64,000 nt of DNA from Chrysomallon squamiferum (GCA_012295275.1 CM022676.1:12400001-12464000); one strand, 5' to 3'. Shown: positions 13,901 to 26,264, counted from the stretch's first letter. Notes: generated by a model not told the origin, from the letters alone. Translations and numbers: made by a program.

Positions 13901-16900
13901 CACTGTGTCGGCTTTGTGTTTGCTTCTGGTTAGTGAGAAAGTTGAAGCAGAAAGTTGTGTGGGTGCTGTGCAAGCCCCAGAACTGAAATAATAAGATACC
14001 TGTATTTACAAAAAGATTTGTTGAAATGATCATGGGATCCAAAACATTTTCTGAAAGCAAAAAATCTGTAGAACATTCTGATCCCTGTTTGAATATTTTT
14101 TAATAACAAACATCTCCATTCACATTTTCATCTCATACAAAATGCAGATAATAATAATAGTAATAAAAATAATTTCAGTGAACAAATTTTATGCCAGTAA
14201 TATATCATTGATTTATTTTGTATGTAAGTAACTTTAGAATTAGCTATTTATATCTGCAACTTTGGAAACTTGTTATGTAATATAGTTATGCATTTTGTAT
14301 GAATTTTGTAATCTGTTAAATGGCTTCTTAATTGTTTTATTAACTAAAATAATGTTTTATTTATTTATTTAATTATTTATTTATTTATTTATTTTTTTTT
14401 TTTTTTTCAGGAAAGGATTCAGAGAAAGGACTGTAAGTGTATTACAAATATAAAAACAAAACTGAAATAATTAGATTGATGGTGTGTAAAAATATCCAAG
14501 AATTCTATTTTGTTTTAATAAATTCCTTTTATTGGTCACTTAATTATATTTTCTATTTTAAATTTCTTTGTAGAATGCTAAATGGTAGTAATGGCTGTGA
14601 CAGGTAATGAAAATATATGTTCACATGGTAAGACATAAATACTTGTAAATTTGTTTTTAAAAATAAAAACAATATTGTCTCAGTCCATTATTTGAAATGA
14701 TAATGTTACAGTTCTGTTGAAAATGTCACATTTGTTTCATTTAAATATAAAATTTGGTTAAGTTTATAAAATCTAATCACCTTTAATTGTCCTTGAAAGG
14801 TTTAGAAACTGCCAAATGCAAAAGCAAAAGATGGCTAGATACACAGATCTTACTTCATTTCATAGCATAGTTATTAATGAGCTAAAAACTAATTCAGGTT
14901 TACCTATGTACATTTTCTTCAGATGTTCTTTTCTCCCCAAAAAGCTTTAATATTCTGAGTAACAAAAAACCATTAGACATTTAAAGCATAAAATATAGTA
15001 AAAAAATATATATATACCTACATATATATATGCCTTACTGCTTTCATAATCTCATGAATAAATTGATAAAATTATTTAATTTAGCATGGAGAAGGATGAA
15101 CATAAACATTTGTTGTTCACTGATAAAACTATTTTCTAAATACCTTTTCTCTTTTACATTCTCTTTTACAATCTCTATGAATCGAATTTTAAATATATAT
15201 TTATTCTGATACAGCAGAATGTGTTAATAGAATTTTGCTTAGTGTTAGTTATTAATACAGAGAAATCAGTGTATTTAATTTGATTTTCTTCTTCAGAAAT
15301 GGATCAAGCTCATCCTCACATTCTCAGAAATGAAGGTAAGATGTGTTCTAATAAGAATTGATTCCATCAAGTTAATTATACTTCTACACATTTTCTTAAT
15401 AATGATGAGACATACTTTAGTTCTCTATAATTAATAGAAAAGTACTTAAGAAAACAAAAATGATTGTTAGTTTAAAGTTTGAAGTTTATTAATACTATTG
15501 TTTTAATAATTATGGTTAAAACAGTTGGTAATTTCTCTTTTTATTTTAACAGAAATGGATCCTAATCCTATTTATGAAAGCTCAGCTGGAGCTAGACCTC
15601 ACATCCTTAAAAATGAAGGTATTTTGTAAAATATTTTAGTATATCTATCTATTCATGGATTAATGAATTCTGTCTTTATGTTCTAATGTAAAAACATGTG
15701 ACAAAATGAAATAATGTTCAGGTATAAAATTCCTCCTGATTTTTCATGCACAGATTTGTTGTTTGATTCACTGGAATAATATTGGATTTTTGACTATGCA
15801 CATATTTAGAAAATAGAGGAAAATTTGAATTTGATTTTAAAATATGCACAGCTTGAATGTTAATAAAGAATTGCATTTCCTAATATTTCATTCCTTCAAG
15901 TTTTTAGATCATGAGGTAAATGAAAAAGTGAATGATTAAATAGAACTGATATCCTAGACTTAGACCAGAAATAAAATATAATTAAATACATTTCTTGATG
16001 TCACTATCTTCACTAGCAACAAGTAGATCAGTATTGCAATATGTAAAATGTTTTCTTTGTGAAAATGTGCAACTAATGGATTTTTTATATTTTTATTCAC
16101 AGAAATGGAGCCAAATCCAATATATGTCACATCTGAACAGGACAGTCGGATACTGGAAAGTAAAGGCAAAAATAAATAATTATTTAGTAATCAAATCATA
16201 TTTTATGGGAAGATTACGTTAATGTGTCCTCATATTTTCTTATTCAGAGTGACTGACATTTTCATTTTGGTCATGATATTATTTCAGCTTAGAAAGAAAG
16301 CTTAATAACCAAATTAATCAGAAATTGCCTTGAATGTGTAATGGTCAGCTTGTTTGCACTGTTATAAACTAAGAAATTTATTGTTAAAGATTTTAAAAGC
16401 TGGACTAGTAAAATAGAAATGACACCAACTGTATAAAATTAACTCTTTCTGATCCATTTTAATTGTTTTCTTAATTTAGGTGTTTAATTCATTTACCAAA
16501 CTTTTCCTAAAATATAGCAGTTAATATTAATGAAATAATTTGGTGATTTTCACAATTTTAGTTTATCTTTGTGATACGTAAGTATATATTATTATTTCTA
16601 CATTATGTAGGTGTCTGATGTCATGGAGAGTAAGAAATAAATAAAGTATTACTTTTATTGTGATGTGAATAACATTTACAATTATTATCAGGCATTTTAT
16701 GGAACATCTAAGATTGTATTAATACTTGTTTGAATACATTGTATAATTTCAACATGCATACACTAGTATCACCTGTTTTTATTATACAGTCAAATAAAAA
16801 AGATAAATTTATAATTTATTAAAATCAGATTACATTAATGTAATTCAATAAATTAGGCTTTGAGCCAAAAATACAAACACATTTCATATATATATATAAT

Positions 16901-17963
16901 TTTTAAAAATATTATTGCATTTATTTCACTGTATTCATTTTTAGGGGTGCATTTTCTTGACTGCACTTGAAATTTTATTCTTATGAAAATCTTCATAAGC
17001 ATGACTCCCTATTCTTTTACATTAAAATGGTTTCAATGTTTTATTTTTTATTTTTTATTTTTTTTCAATCTTTAATACTGAAATAACATTCATTAAATTC
17101 CAAGTTATATCAAAATAGAAAAACAAAATAAGAATGTGTTGTTGTTAACTAGTTTTATTTAGGACTACCAATGAAAATGAATTACAGCAGACGCCTAAAA
17201 CAGTATGGTTTCCATGCCTTATTCATCTACCCTCAGTGTATCAAAAATGTAATCTAATGTCAAATAGATTCTGCCTATACTGAATTTGGAGTTATATAGT
17301 ACAGTTTGTTCAGCCAGTATACAAGTATTTATTTATGGTTTAGTAAATAACAAACAGTGTATGTTACTTGATCAGCTGGATTATTATGTTCATACTTAAG
17401 TATTTACTTACCTTCTTTTTTTATAATGTTCAGCATTTGTAAGAAATTTAATATGTTAAATGAAATTTGAAATTGGTGTTAGGAACAGGAAATAAGAAAT
17501 TTTCTCTAGATTTGGCATTATTGAACTGGTAAATAGAAACAAAAAAGAAGTATTATTTTGAGTAGTTTAACATGTAAGTTTAGAGTGTGGGTAGGTGATT
17601 ATTTCAGTTGTAATTATTTAAATAATAAACTAGAAAATTGCTATGCTGTAAATGACAAAAAGCCTAATAAAATGAGTTGATGTTTTTATAATTGTTTGTT
17701 TATCTTGTTAAGTTTTATTAGTTTTATTTCACATATAAAACAGATAATTTTATTTGTAGACAATGATCAGTCTGTTAAAGAAACAAGGCAGATGGGAGGA
17801 GTTGGTGCCAGAGCCAAAGAACCTAAACAACAGAAAGTTGAGGAGGTTAAAGGTCGGGTAGATAATTAGTATTTTCAACTTTTAAATTTTTATTATTATT
17901 TTTTAAGCTATTTATTTTATTTTATCTAATTCAAACACTCTTAGTCATTCATGAATTATTTTT

Positions 17964-18020
<57 letters not shown>

Positions 18021-20164
18021 CTCACATACACACACACATCAGAAGTGATTTATCCAGATTTGTTTTGTTTTGTTTTGTTTTGTTTTTGTAATTAACTAAA
18101 ATAAATATTATTCAACTTTATTAACATATAAAGATTGAAATATTTCACTGTTCATATGACTAAATATCAGTCAAAACTATGATAAGGAATTAACAAATTC
18201 AGACATTAACCTTAAATATTAAATAAGTTACAATAGTTATGACTATTCCTAATGTTAAAATTAATATGAATTATCCATAACTATTAATGCAGAATTATTT
18301 ACTAAACCTGAAATCCTGAAACATTAATTCTGAATTAATATTTTGAGTTAAATAAAAAAAAAGTTAATATAAACATAGTCATGGTCATTGAGGCATATTT
18401 GTCCATTTTACATGCATGCAAGTAGAATATATAAACTTTTTTTATCTGAGGTTAACTTTTTAAATAGTTGTGTACTTTTCAGATGACCTTCAAAATTTGT
18501 ATTCTAAAGTGAAAAAAATGAATGAATCAAAAACAGATAAATCTGCTGAAAAGAAGAAACTGAAAGCTCAGTCATCTTGTATGTATATTAAGTTGATATT
18601 TGTAGCTCTAAAATGAATTACATAATATTTGTTTTCTAACATGATTTCAACAATATACTTTAATGTTTGAAACTCTCACAATCCAGTTTTCTGAAGTTGT
18701 CAAAAACAGCACAAATATCAGTATAAACATGTAGAATGATTATACAGAACAAAATTTACTTTGGTTTCAGTTTTTACTTACACTGATAGAAAGCTGATTG
18801 ATCTGTGGTGAGATTGCATAGGGGAACCATTGTCAATGCACACACAATAAAAATAATGTTAAATAGGTAGAATCTTCCAAGATAAAACACAGAGCATACA
18901 CAGCATGTGTGTACATGTGGCCAGTGTAAACAGACTGTCGTGCTTGATGAGACATCTTTCAAGAGTCTGAATTGTGGTAGATTCGAGATAAAAGAAAATC
19001 TGCATATTTTTCAGATTTTGTCTGATTTTACTGTCTGCCAGCAAATATGGGTCTATTGAATGGATGATTGAATATATTAATACTGTACAAAAATAATAAA
19101 TTAAAATAAAAAACACACTTTCTGAATATGTTCCATAAAGGAATATCAATAATATTACATACTGGATGATCTAATGATTCTTGGAGGGTTAAACAAATGT
19201 AAAATGTGAGCATTTATCTAGAAAGCTTTTTGAGAGTCAAAGCCTGCAAATGAATGAATGTCTAATAAAATATTACCACATTTTAGTACTGATGATTAAT
19301 ATTTATATAAATATAATATATATCAAATTTTAACAAAGTGTCACTATTATTCAAATTTAATTACTGATAAAAAAATGAAGAAAAAACTTATTCAGTTGCT
19401 TTATGGCTTTTTTATCACAAAAAAAAAAAAAAGACAAGGCAAAAGATAAAGTAGTTGAATCTGAAAAGAACTCTTGAAAAGTGAGTTGAATGTTCATATT
19501 TAATATATCCATTAAGTTTAACATTTTTATAGTAATTTTCAAGCAGTAAGTAAATATTACAGGTAAGAAAGAAACAGGATTGTCAGATTTTATTAAAAAT
19601 TATTTCAGAGTATAATTATACATTTAACTGATAAATTTATATAGATGACACACAAAATGTGAATGAAATAATATACTTACAGAATGTTCAGTTATAAATA
19701 AGATATATATTTTAGATGCAAGGACAAATCCCATTTACTCTATCTAAATGTGATATATAAAAAATCCATTTGTTGATTTTTTGAAATTAGCTTTTGAAAC
19801 AAAGTAAAGGAAAGTACCTAACATTTTGTCTCTGATCCATATTTTGTATCTGCCTAAATGGATGAAAATATTTTTATTTGAATTTTGTCTCACCCATATT
19901 TTGTATCTGCCTAAATAGTGAATATTCTGAATTTACACCTATTTCTATCCCACTGGAAAGAGCATTGGATACCTGCAATGATAACATGAAAAATAAGGGA
20001 ATGGTGTCAATTTTAATTTTTTCAGGCTTTCTCAAAGCAAATAATAGACTGTCATCAAAGTTCATTAGATCTTTCTGATTTCCTTAAAAAGGAATATAAT
20101 TGAATTAAATGTTCAAGTTGATTACAAGGAGATTATTAGTTTTACCTTAAATGATATATATATA

Positions 20165-20196
<32 letters not shown>

Positions 20197-21594
20197 AATT
20201 ATAAAAACACTAAGTGAAAAAATATAAAAAGTAAAAAAACAAAAACACAAATCAACAGAACAAAATTCAGTCAAATGGCAGTATTTTTTTCACAATCTAA
20301 ATCATCAAATAAGATGATTTTTTCCCAGAAACAGAAAATAGTTAGTGGTCAATACATGTTGGTGTTTAGGCAAATGAAGTTAAATACCTATTCAGTATTT
20401 GACATTTCATGAAAAATTCAAAAGCAAACTCAAAATGTTTTATTCTGGATAATTTAAAACATTGAACTATAACACAAGTCTTAGAGTATGTGTACAAAAG
20501 CTGGATTGAGGCTTTAGCAGGAATTCAGGAACTAGGGTAAGGACATAAAGTATGATTTTGTCATGGACTGAAAGTGGTTTTTTTGTTTTTATCTGTTTGT
20601 GTTTCTACTTATTATTTACTGCACAAAGTGAATGAAAGTGTCTGACAGATAGCATTTGAGATTAAAGATTTTTGTCAGATACACAGTTTGCACATTGGAA
20701 CAAAGGCAATAAATGACTTACATGTTAATTTAAAAACGTACACCTACAGCAAATGAAGTTCCTATTTAATATTCACTTCAACTTTTCTTGATAATCAACA
20801 AATAGTTCCATTAATCCACAATTTAAAATATTTATCTTCACTTCACAAATTTAGAAACATGTTGATAGTGACACAAATTTATTCTTAATAACAGTGTGAT
20901 ATTTTTTCATCTCTTTTTTATTGATTTATTTTAATTTATTATATATTCTTTTTTATTTTATTTTATTATTATTTATTTAATTTTTTGTTTTTTTCTATTG
21001 TTTTTGTATATTGGTAATAGATATTAAGCATTACATTTTTAACTGTCATGATTAATTGTTCAGCAAAGTGCATAGATATAAAACTGACCAGGCATTTTTT
21101 GTTTTGGTTTATTATCTTCTTTTTTGTTTAGAAACCATAAGAAACCATCTTTCTAGTGCCTTTATATATGTAGGTACTGGTTCTCATAATTTTATCTTAG
21201 AACATTAACTTTAATTGTTTTCCCCTATTTTTTATTTTTTTTTACAATATTGTTATAATTTCTAGTGTTGAAAATGTCTTCAGTTAGCAATAAATAAATT
21301 ACCAGCTTCATGTCACAGAAGACTGAGTCATGTTTTAAATAATGTGATTAAATTAATTTTATTACAGTGTTGTCAGTTTTGCATGTTAGTTGAGTTTAAA
21401 TGAAAGAGGCAATACCTCTAAAAATTATTTGTAACTTACAATCAAAAATGTTACAAAGAACAATAATAATGTGTTAAGAAACATAGAATCTGAATGTCAC
21501 TTTTAAAATATAACTGAAATAATTTGATGGAAATTCCACTGAACATGTCTGTTTAAAATAAACACAATATTAGATCAAAAAAGCAAAATAATAA

Positions 21595-21641
<47 letters not shown>

Positions 21642-23440
21642 ATAATAGTGAAAAGTGTAAAAAAATGAAGGAGATTTCATGTATATGTTTAGTGAGTGTC
21701 AACTATTTTCTTTATATTTTTAAGGGAGAAACTATTTAAAAACTGAAAAATAACTGCATTCAACTTATGGAAGGAAACTCCAGCTTAAAAGGAAAAATAA
21801 AATTAGAAATATTGTAAAGTAATCAATAATACTGATGTTAATTATTGATTTCTTTAAATGTTTTTAAAATACACTATATATATATAATAAATTGCATTGT
21901 TATTCAGCTAAACTATTTTTAACAATTTCATGTTTATAGCTGAGAAGAAAAACAAGAAAGGCAAAAAAGGTAATTAAATTTAAACTTTCATTTGAATGTT
22001 CTGTTTTGTAAATAACACTAAACATTGTGTGTTAAAAAAAAAATAAAGTAAAGGAAAATGAATAAAAAAAGCTATTTGAGATTTTCTGTCAGTTTTATTG
22101 TAATAGTTTCTGTTAATAAGGTCCAGAAAGTAGTACACTGTCTGAAAGGCAATATACTTTTTATTTCAGTATTTATGAAAAGTATTTTTATTTTAAATTT
22201 TCACCTACCAGTGATATTTTTAATTAAGCTGGTTAATCAAGATTTAATTTAAGACAAAAGTGTAAACATCTGTTTGCTAGTGTGGAGCTGGCAAGAGTCT
22301 AATAAACTTGTAAGCAATAACAACTTAAATATTCATGTAATTATATTATGTATAATAGCAATTTATTTTTATTAATTTTCTTCTTAGCTTCAGGCTGACT
22401 ATAAATTATTTTATTATAACTACAGATGTGTGATATTTGGATTATTACATTGTTTAATACAATATTATCAGGTGGTGAAGAAGTAGTAAAGTCTTTAAGA
22501 ACTGGAAATGCTGGTGAGCCTTTATTTAATTTTTATTTGAAATGTTTAAATATTTATAATCTGCATTTTTCATTTTTATGTTACTGATACTAAAAAGAAG
22601 TAGAAGTTATTATTTCTGGATAACAATCAAATTTCTCTTTACATATTATTATTATTATTTTTTTTTTAGTAAAATGCTTGACTTTTTTTAGGAAACATTG
22701 TTTTCATACTGATTCTGTCTCCAAATGAAAGGATATAGACACCTTGATGGTTAACCCAGACCGATATTTGAGACAGACTGAAATGTTGCTTAAGAATTTA
22801 AATGGGATTATATAAGTAGTATTTACAGAAACATGTCACTTGAAAATAATTTTATTTGTTAATGATTTTATTTCTTTTGTTCTTTAATTAAAAGATACCT
22901 TGAATCGTTTTACTTTTAAGCATAATTACTTGTAATGAAAATATGGTTGCCATTTAGAGATAGAACTTTTGGAAACATAACAGAAAATGCAATGCCAATG
23001 GACCGTCTGTTAACCTGAACAATACTTTTGAATGTTTTCTAGAGATATTAAAATTTTAGTCTTAAAGTTAAATTCATTATAATTATCTGGTGATTGTTAA
23101 ATACCTTGTTGTCTGTTAATTCACAACAATAAACTGTAAAACAAAAAATAACATAAATTATTTCTTTATAATATTTTCCTTGATTTAATGCTCATGGAGA
23201 GTAAATTTAATAAATTGTGAAATTTGATTACTTATATTTTAGGTGATGTATATCAGAATGTTGAACTTCAGAATGTCTACACTAATTCAGCTTTTGATGA
23301 CAATGTTTATCAAAACGATAAACAGAAAAGTGATACAACTGTGAGTTAACTATTTACTATGTTAATGGTCCTGTAATAATGAATAATAATAATGCCAAGG
23401 AAATATAATTTATATATAAATATATAAATTATATTATATA

Positions 23441-23494
<54 letters not shown>

Positions 23495-23529
23495 TATATA
23501 TATAAATATATATATATAAATTATATAAA

Positions 23530-23561
<32 letters not shown>

Positions 23562-24273
23562 ATAAAAGAACGTTTTTTTTTTTTGCTGCATTTCCTTACA
23601 AAAATAAACCTATTTTAGGCAAAAAATACAAAATAGCCTAAAAAGCTAATTAACTAATTTATTTGAAGTGAAACTGTTTTCACTTTGAGATAACTATGAG
23701 ATCAGTGAATATGTCTGTTTTAAAAAAAAATAAATATATATATTCAGTTTAGTACAAATTATTTGGTCTGTTTCAGGTATCAGTATTTTTTTAATTATCA
23801 AATTTTCTGCATCTAGACAATCCAAATATACCCTACAGAGCACACAATTTCTGAACACAAAAATGTATCGAATACAAATTCTGAAAATGGCAAATAAATT
23901 ACATGTGCAGTTGTAAACATTAGCTTATATAAAATCAGTATTTAATTATTGTAAACTTCATTCCATTAAAATGTAATTAAATTATAAATTATAAAAATGT
24001 AATGTCTTTGTTTGTTTTGTTTTCTTGTTTTGTTGTTATTTTTATTTTATTTTTTTAAAAGAACTATAATGAAGAAAACAATCCTAATTATAATGGACAT
24101 ATTTTTTTCTTTCTTAGGCTCATGCTCAAGGACTTATTTATGTAGATCTTGACTTCAGTGGCTACAGTCCATCTAGGCAAGTCCTTGGAGATGACAATGA
24201 AAAAACAGAATATGCAAGTATAGATCATGGCAAAGTAGGAGAACCTTTGCCAGATGATGAACAAAATAATTAG
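407..24273 (+). CDS. Gene A: multi-exon IgSF type I receptor (leader, 7 Ig-like, FN3, TM, cytoplasmic NPxY/YxN/ITIM/ITSM); nephrin/sidestep-like architecture, putative inhibitory receptor
   Basis: GT-AG exons join in frame with phase-1 introns: 407-467, 3431-3760, 4790-5107, 6027-6323, 8232-8516, 8734-9003, 9405-9701, 10179-10514, 11244-11555, 13047-13178 (TM). Cytoplasmic micro-exons follow, to a terminal exon 24118-24273 ending TAG. A few junctions at 14.4-14.6 kb and 16.1-17.2 kb are ambiguous. Confidence 0.85.
1105..1230. mobile_element. Possible pogo/Tigger-like terminal fragment
   Basis: Begins CAGTGGTACCT like the TIR at 25486 and is locally GC-richer. No matching second end was found. 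Confidence 0.3.
1848..1909. repeat. (CT)n microsatellite
   Basis: Direct reading. Confidence 0.97.
3431..3760 (+). CDS. Gene A D1: N-terminal V-like Ig domain with 6 Cys
   Basis: tttttcag acceptor and T|GTAAGT donor. YTLFC...YNLTIQSLNITDDTKWRC Ig pattern. Near-identical copies at 38323 and 55230. Confidence 0.9.
4790..5107 (+). CDS. Gene A D2 Ig domain (C2/CD80-like)
   Basis: LKCTTSSSSPNVTFTWKN...IRCQVKN. Canonical splice sites. Paralog at 59808-60125 has the same 318 nt length. Confidence 0.9.
5085..5620 (+). repeat. 63-bp tandem repeat (~8.5 units) containing the D2 exon end and splice donor
   Basis: Unit cattgtactagacttgatatGTAAGTgttaattacactgttattttatattaaacagtttata recurs at 5088, 5151, 5214, 5277, 5341, 5405, 5468, 5526, 5589. 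Confidence 0.95.
6027..6323 (+). CDS. Gene A D3 Ig domain
   Basis: PPVISG...LNLSCVVTGGKP...CQCSAKH. Paralog at 60670-60966 is also 297 nt. Confidence 0.9.
6312..8070 (+). repeat. 34-bp minisatellite (~50 units, degenerate around 7480-7920) seeded by the D3 exon end/donor
   Basis: Unit actgtgtactGTAAGTgttcttattacactgttc. First two donor positions are 6324 and 6358. Confidence 0.95.
8232..8516 (+). CDS. Gene A D4 Ig domain
   Basis: NLTCSVTERGNPPADFVWYKNG...FRCVAQN. Splice sites tgtag / T|GTGAGT. Confidence 0.9.
8734..9003 (+). CDS. Gene A D5 Ig domain
   Basis: IDCTADSNPPNPTITW...HGTYTCKA. Splice sites present. Confidence 0.9.
9405..9701 (+). CDS. Gene A D6 Ig domain
   Basis: VTCEAFGRP...DSGTYQCLVDNG (DxGxYxC motif). 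Confidence 0.9.
10179..10514 (+). CDS. Gene A D7 atypical Ig domain lacking the canonical disulfide
   Basis: KWMKN...DTGQYRLEVCNNFTC. Splice sites tttacag / G|GTTTGT. Confidence 0.85.
11244..11555 (+). CDS. Gene A fibronectin type III domain
   Basis: GPP...VFLKW...GG...FLVEYR...ITGLNSGHKYVFRVLAEN FN3 signature. Confidence 0.92.
12026..12695 (+). repeat. 78-bp tandem repeat (~6.5 near-perfect units plus fragments)
   Basis: aaaatctggttataaacatgaatgtctcataccagttc... recurs at 12026, 12104, 12182, 12260, 12338, 12416, 12494. Confidence 0.95.
13047..13178 (+). CDS. Gene A transmembrane exon
   Basis: Translates VKASSSANTGVVIGGVAGSVVALIVIAVIVTVIVARRRMMHKKR: an uncharged hydrophobic helix with a basic stop-transfer. 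Not in the ORF track. Confidence 0.92.
14411..14432 (+). CDS. Gene A cytoplasmic micro-exon (GKDSEKG)
   Basis: Strong poly-T cag acceptor and GTAAGT donor. Needs a phase-correcting exon near 14574-14627 whose boundaries are unclear. Confidence 0.55.
15297..15335 (+). CDS. Gene A cytoplasmic micro-exon (EMDQAHPHILRNE)
   Basis: 39 nt, phase 1-1, homologous to the next two exons. Confidence 0.75.
15553..15618 (+). CDS. Gene A cytoplasmic exon with NPIY motif
   Basis: EMDPNPIYESSAGARPHILKNE, 66 nt, phase 1-1. Confidence 0.8.
16103..16159 (+). CDS. Gene A cytoplasmic exon with second NPIY motif
   Basis: EMEPNPIYVTSEQDSRILE. The donor is either GT at 16160 or GC at 16166. Confidence 0.7.
17760..17852 (+). 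CDS. Gene A cytoplasmic exon
   Basis: NDQSVKETRQMGGVGARAKEPKQQKVEEVK, 93 nt, phase 1-1. GC-richer island in an AT-rich intron. Confidence 0.7.
17966..18038. repeat. (CA)n microsatellite
   Basis: Direct reading. Confidence 0.95.
18483..18578 (+). CDS. Gene A cytoplasmic exon with YSKV motif
   Basis: DDLQNLYSKVKKMNESKTDKSAEKKKLKAQSS, 96 nt, phase 1-1. Confidence 0.78.
21940..21969 (+). CDS. Gene A Lys-rich micro-exon (EKKNKKGKK)
   Basis: 30 nt, phase 1-1, tttatag / G|GTAATT. Confidence 0.65.
22472..22513 (+). CDS. Gene A micro-exon (GGEEVVKSLRTGNA)
   Basis: 42 nt, phase 1-1, atcag / G|GTGAGC. Confidence 0.65.
23243..23340 (+). CDS. Gene A exon with three YxN motifs
   Basis: GDVYQNVELQNVYTNSAFDDNVYQNDKQKSDTT. 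Phase 1-0, GTGAGT donor. Confidence 0.85.
23403..23560. repeat. (TA)n-rich microsatellite region
   Basis: Direct reading. Confidence 0.9.
24118..24273 (+). CDS. Gene A terminal coding exon with ITIM + ITSM
   Basis: AHAQGLIYVDLDFSGYSPSRQVLGDDNEKTEYASIDHGKVGEPLPDDEQNN*. Phase-0 acceptor ttcttag. AATAAA near 24592. Confidence 0.88.
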   Translation, partial: AHAQGLIYVDLDFSGYSPSRQVLGDDNEKTEYASIDHGKVGEPLPDDEQNN

Positions 24274-25485
24274 AACAGCAATCCACAGAATTCTTAAAAA
24301 TGAAAAAAATACACAAATTGAAAATCTTGTTAATAACATAGGTATGTGTTGTTTTTTAAAAATATTTTTAATAATATAGGTATGTATAAGATTTTGAAAT
24401 CTAATTCTTGATGTTTGTATATTAATTTAGCCCTTTTGTATTAACTGTGATATTTTTTATTTCATTTCATTTTTGTTTTTCTTCTAATACAGTGTGTATA
24501 TATAGTTGATAGCTATAACTTGTGCTTTAGAAATAATTTTACTAGTAAATATGAATAACATTTAAAAATGTCATATACACTTTATTTATCTAATAAAATA
24601 AAAATCTAATAAAACTTTTGACATAACTTTGTTGGTCTTTTGACTTTATTTTTTTCCAATTATTTTATGAAGAGAAATAATTTGTGAATATGTGATTTCA
24701 TAAGTAAATAAAATCTCTGAATTTTCATGTATATATATGAGTATATGTGTGTGTGTTTATATATATATATTCTGAAAATCTATTGGTCTTCCTGTTAATT
24801 TTATATTTAATTACTGACAAAATGTTTATAATGCTCATAATATGAAACGAAATGCTAATATATATATATATCTATATATATAGAAATATATTAAATATTT
24901 TATACTTTCTAGAGATGATAAAATATATGCATTTTTTGCAATTATTTACTTATTCAAGATTTTTTTAAATATTTTTAAAAATTCCATTAAAAACTGTACA
25001 TTTCTTAAAAGGCTATGTTTTTAAAAACATTATTTTATTTTATTTTAATTTCAAATACATGATTTGTTTTTCACACTTTTTGGTTTTTGAAGGCTAAAGT
25101 TTAAATAAGTGTTAAAACAGTGTAACATTTCTAAATTTATTTTTTCAGTCATGTAAAAATTATTTTTTAATTTTCTATCTTATTTTCATGAAATGTTTGA
25201 AGATTAAAACTATTAAGAAATTGCTTTCTTCTCTTCTGATATTATTGATAGCAGGAATACAATTTCACTGTTTTAGAAATTAGACTGTTTTGGAATATTT
25301 ATGTCTGTGGAAGTATTCATGTTTTTCAGTTGAATTGAAACCTGTGAAAATAACTTTTCCAGTCAAAGTGGCTGAAACATACCAATACTGCTGACCTTTG
25401 CAATGATAATTACAAATTTGTTTTCCAAAAATAATGTTTACTCAGAGAAGCCTTTCAGAAAAAACAAGCTGAATGTTTGAATATA

Positions 25486-26264
25486 CAGTGGTACCTTGAG
25501 TTACAAGTGATCCAACTTACGACTTTTTCGAGTTACGAGCAGCCGCCTGGTCGAGTTTTTGCTTTGAATTGCGAGCCAAAATCCGAGTTACAAGCAAGCT
25601 TCAGATATGCCACTTCTAGTTGGCACAACGAACAACACAACATCCTCCCAGCATCCAGCATCTCACTCATTTACATCACACGGTTACCTCGCCATTGAAG
25701 TTGTGCTCGTGTTTCTTGCAGAGTTTCAGCAATTGTTTTTTTGGGGGGGTTCGGACCATGGATCGTAAGAAAGTGAGTGCAAAGGACAGTGCTAAGAAGA
25801 AGAAGCAGATGATGTCCATTGAATTAAAGCATAAAATCATAGAAAAACATGAGCGAGGTGTGCTAGGCAGTTCGAGTGTAGTACTTTTACGATGTGTAGC
25901 ATACTGAAGCAGAAGGAGTCGATAAAGGCTATAACTCCAACCAAAGGCGTTAAAATAATTTCTTAACTGTAGACATATGTCCATGAAAAGATGGAGAAAC
26001 CCTAACCCTGTACACTTTACAAAACCAGTTTATTTCCATACATTCTCTTTTATTTTGTTTTCATACACTATTTGTCATTTATAAATACATTTTTCTTAGT
26101 TAAAAACACATTTCAAAAAAACAGTTCGGTGGTTTTGGGGGAACTGGAATGAATTAATGGTATTTCAGTTAATTTCAGTTGGGAACATTGATTTGATATA
26201 TGAGTAAATTCAGATACGAGCTTGGTCAGGGAAGAAATTACACTTGTAAGTCAAGGTACCACTG
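25486..26264 (+). mobile_element. Internally deleted Tigger/pogo-family DNA transposon
   Basis: 24-bp TIRs CAGTGGTACCTTGA(G/C)TTACAAGTG (23/24 match) with TA on both sides. Internal MDRKKVSAKDSAKKKKQMMSIELKHKIIEKHERGV resembles a CENP-B/psq-type HTH N-terminus of Tigger transposases. Confidence 0.9.

Noticed and set aside
19532-19562. Possible extra gene A micro-exon between tttatag and GTAAGA
   Set aside because: The phase 1-1 reading contains TAA, and no consistent alternative frame was found.
23346-23591. YI-repeat ORF; likewise poly-I/L/N/K ORFs at 33519, 33894, 45625, 53066, 55829
   Set aside because: Microsatellite or low-complexity translations.
407-24273. Assigning a symbol such as NPHS1, HMCN or SIRPA
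   Set aside because: Only architecture- or motif-level resemblance; orthology cannot be established from the sequence alone.
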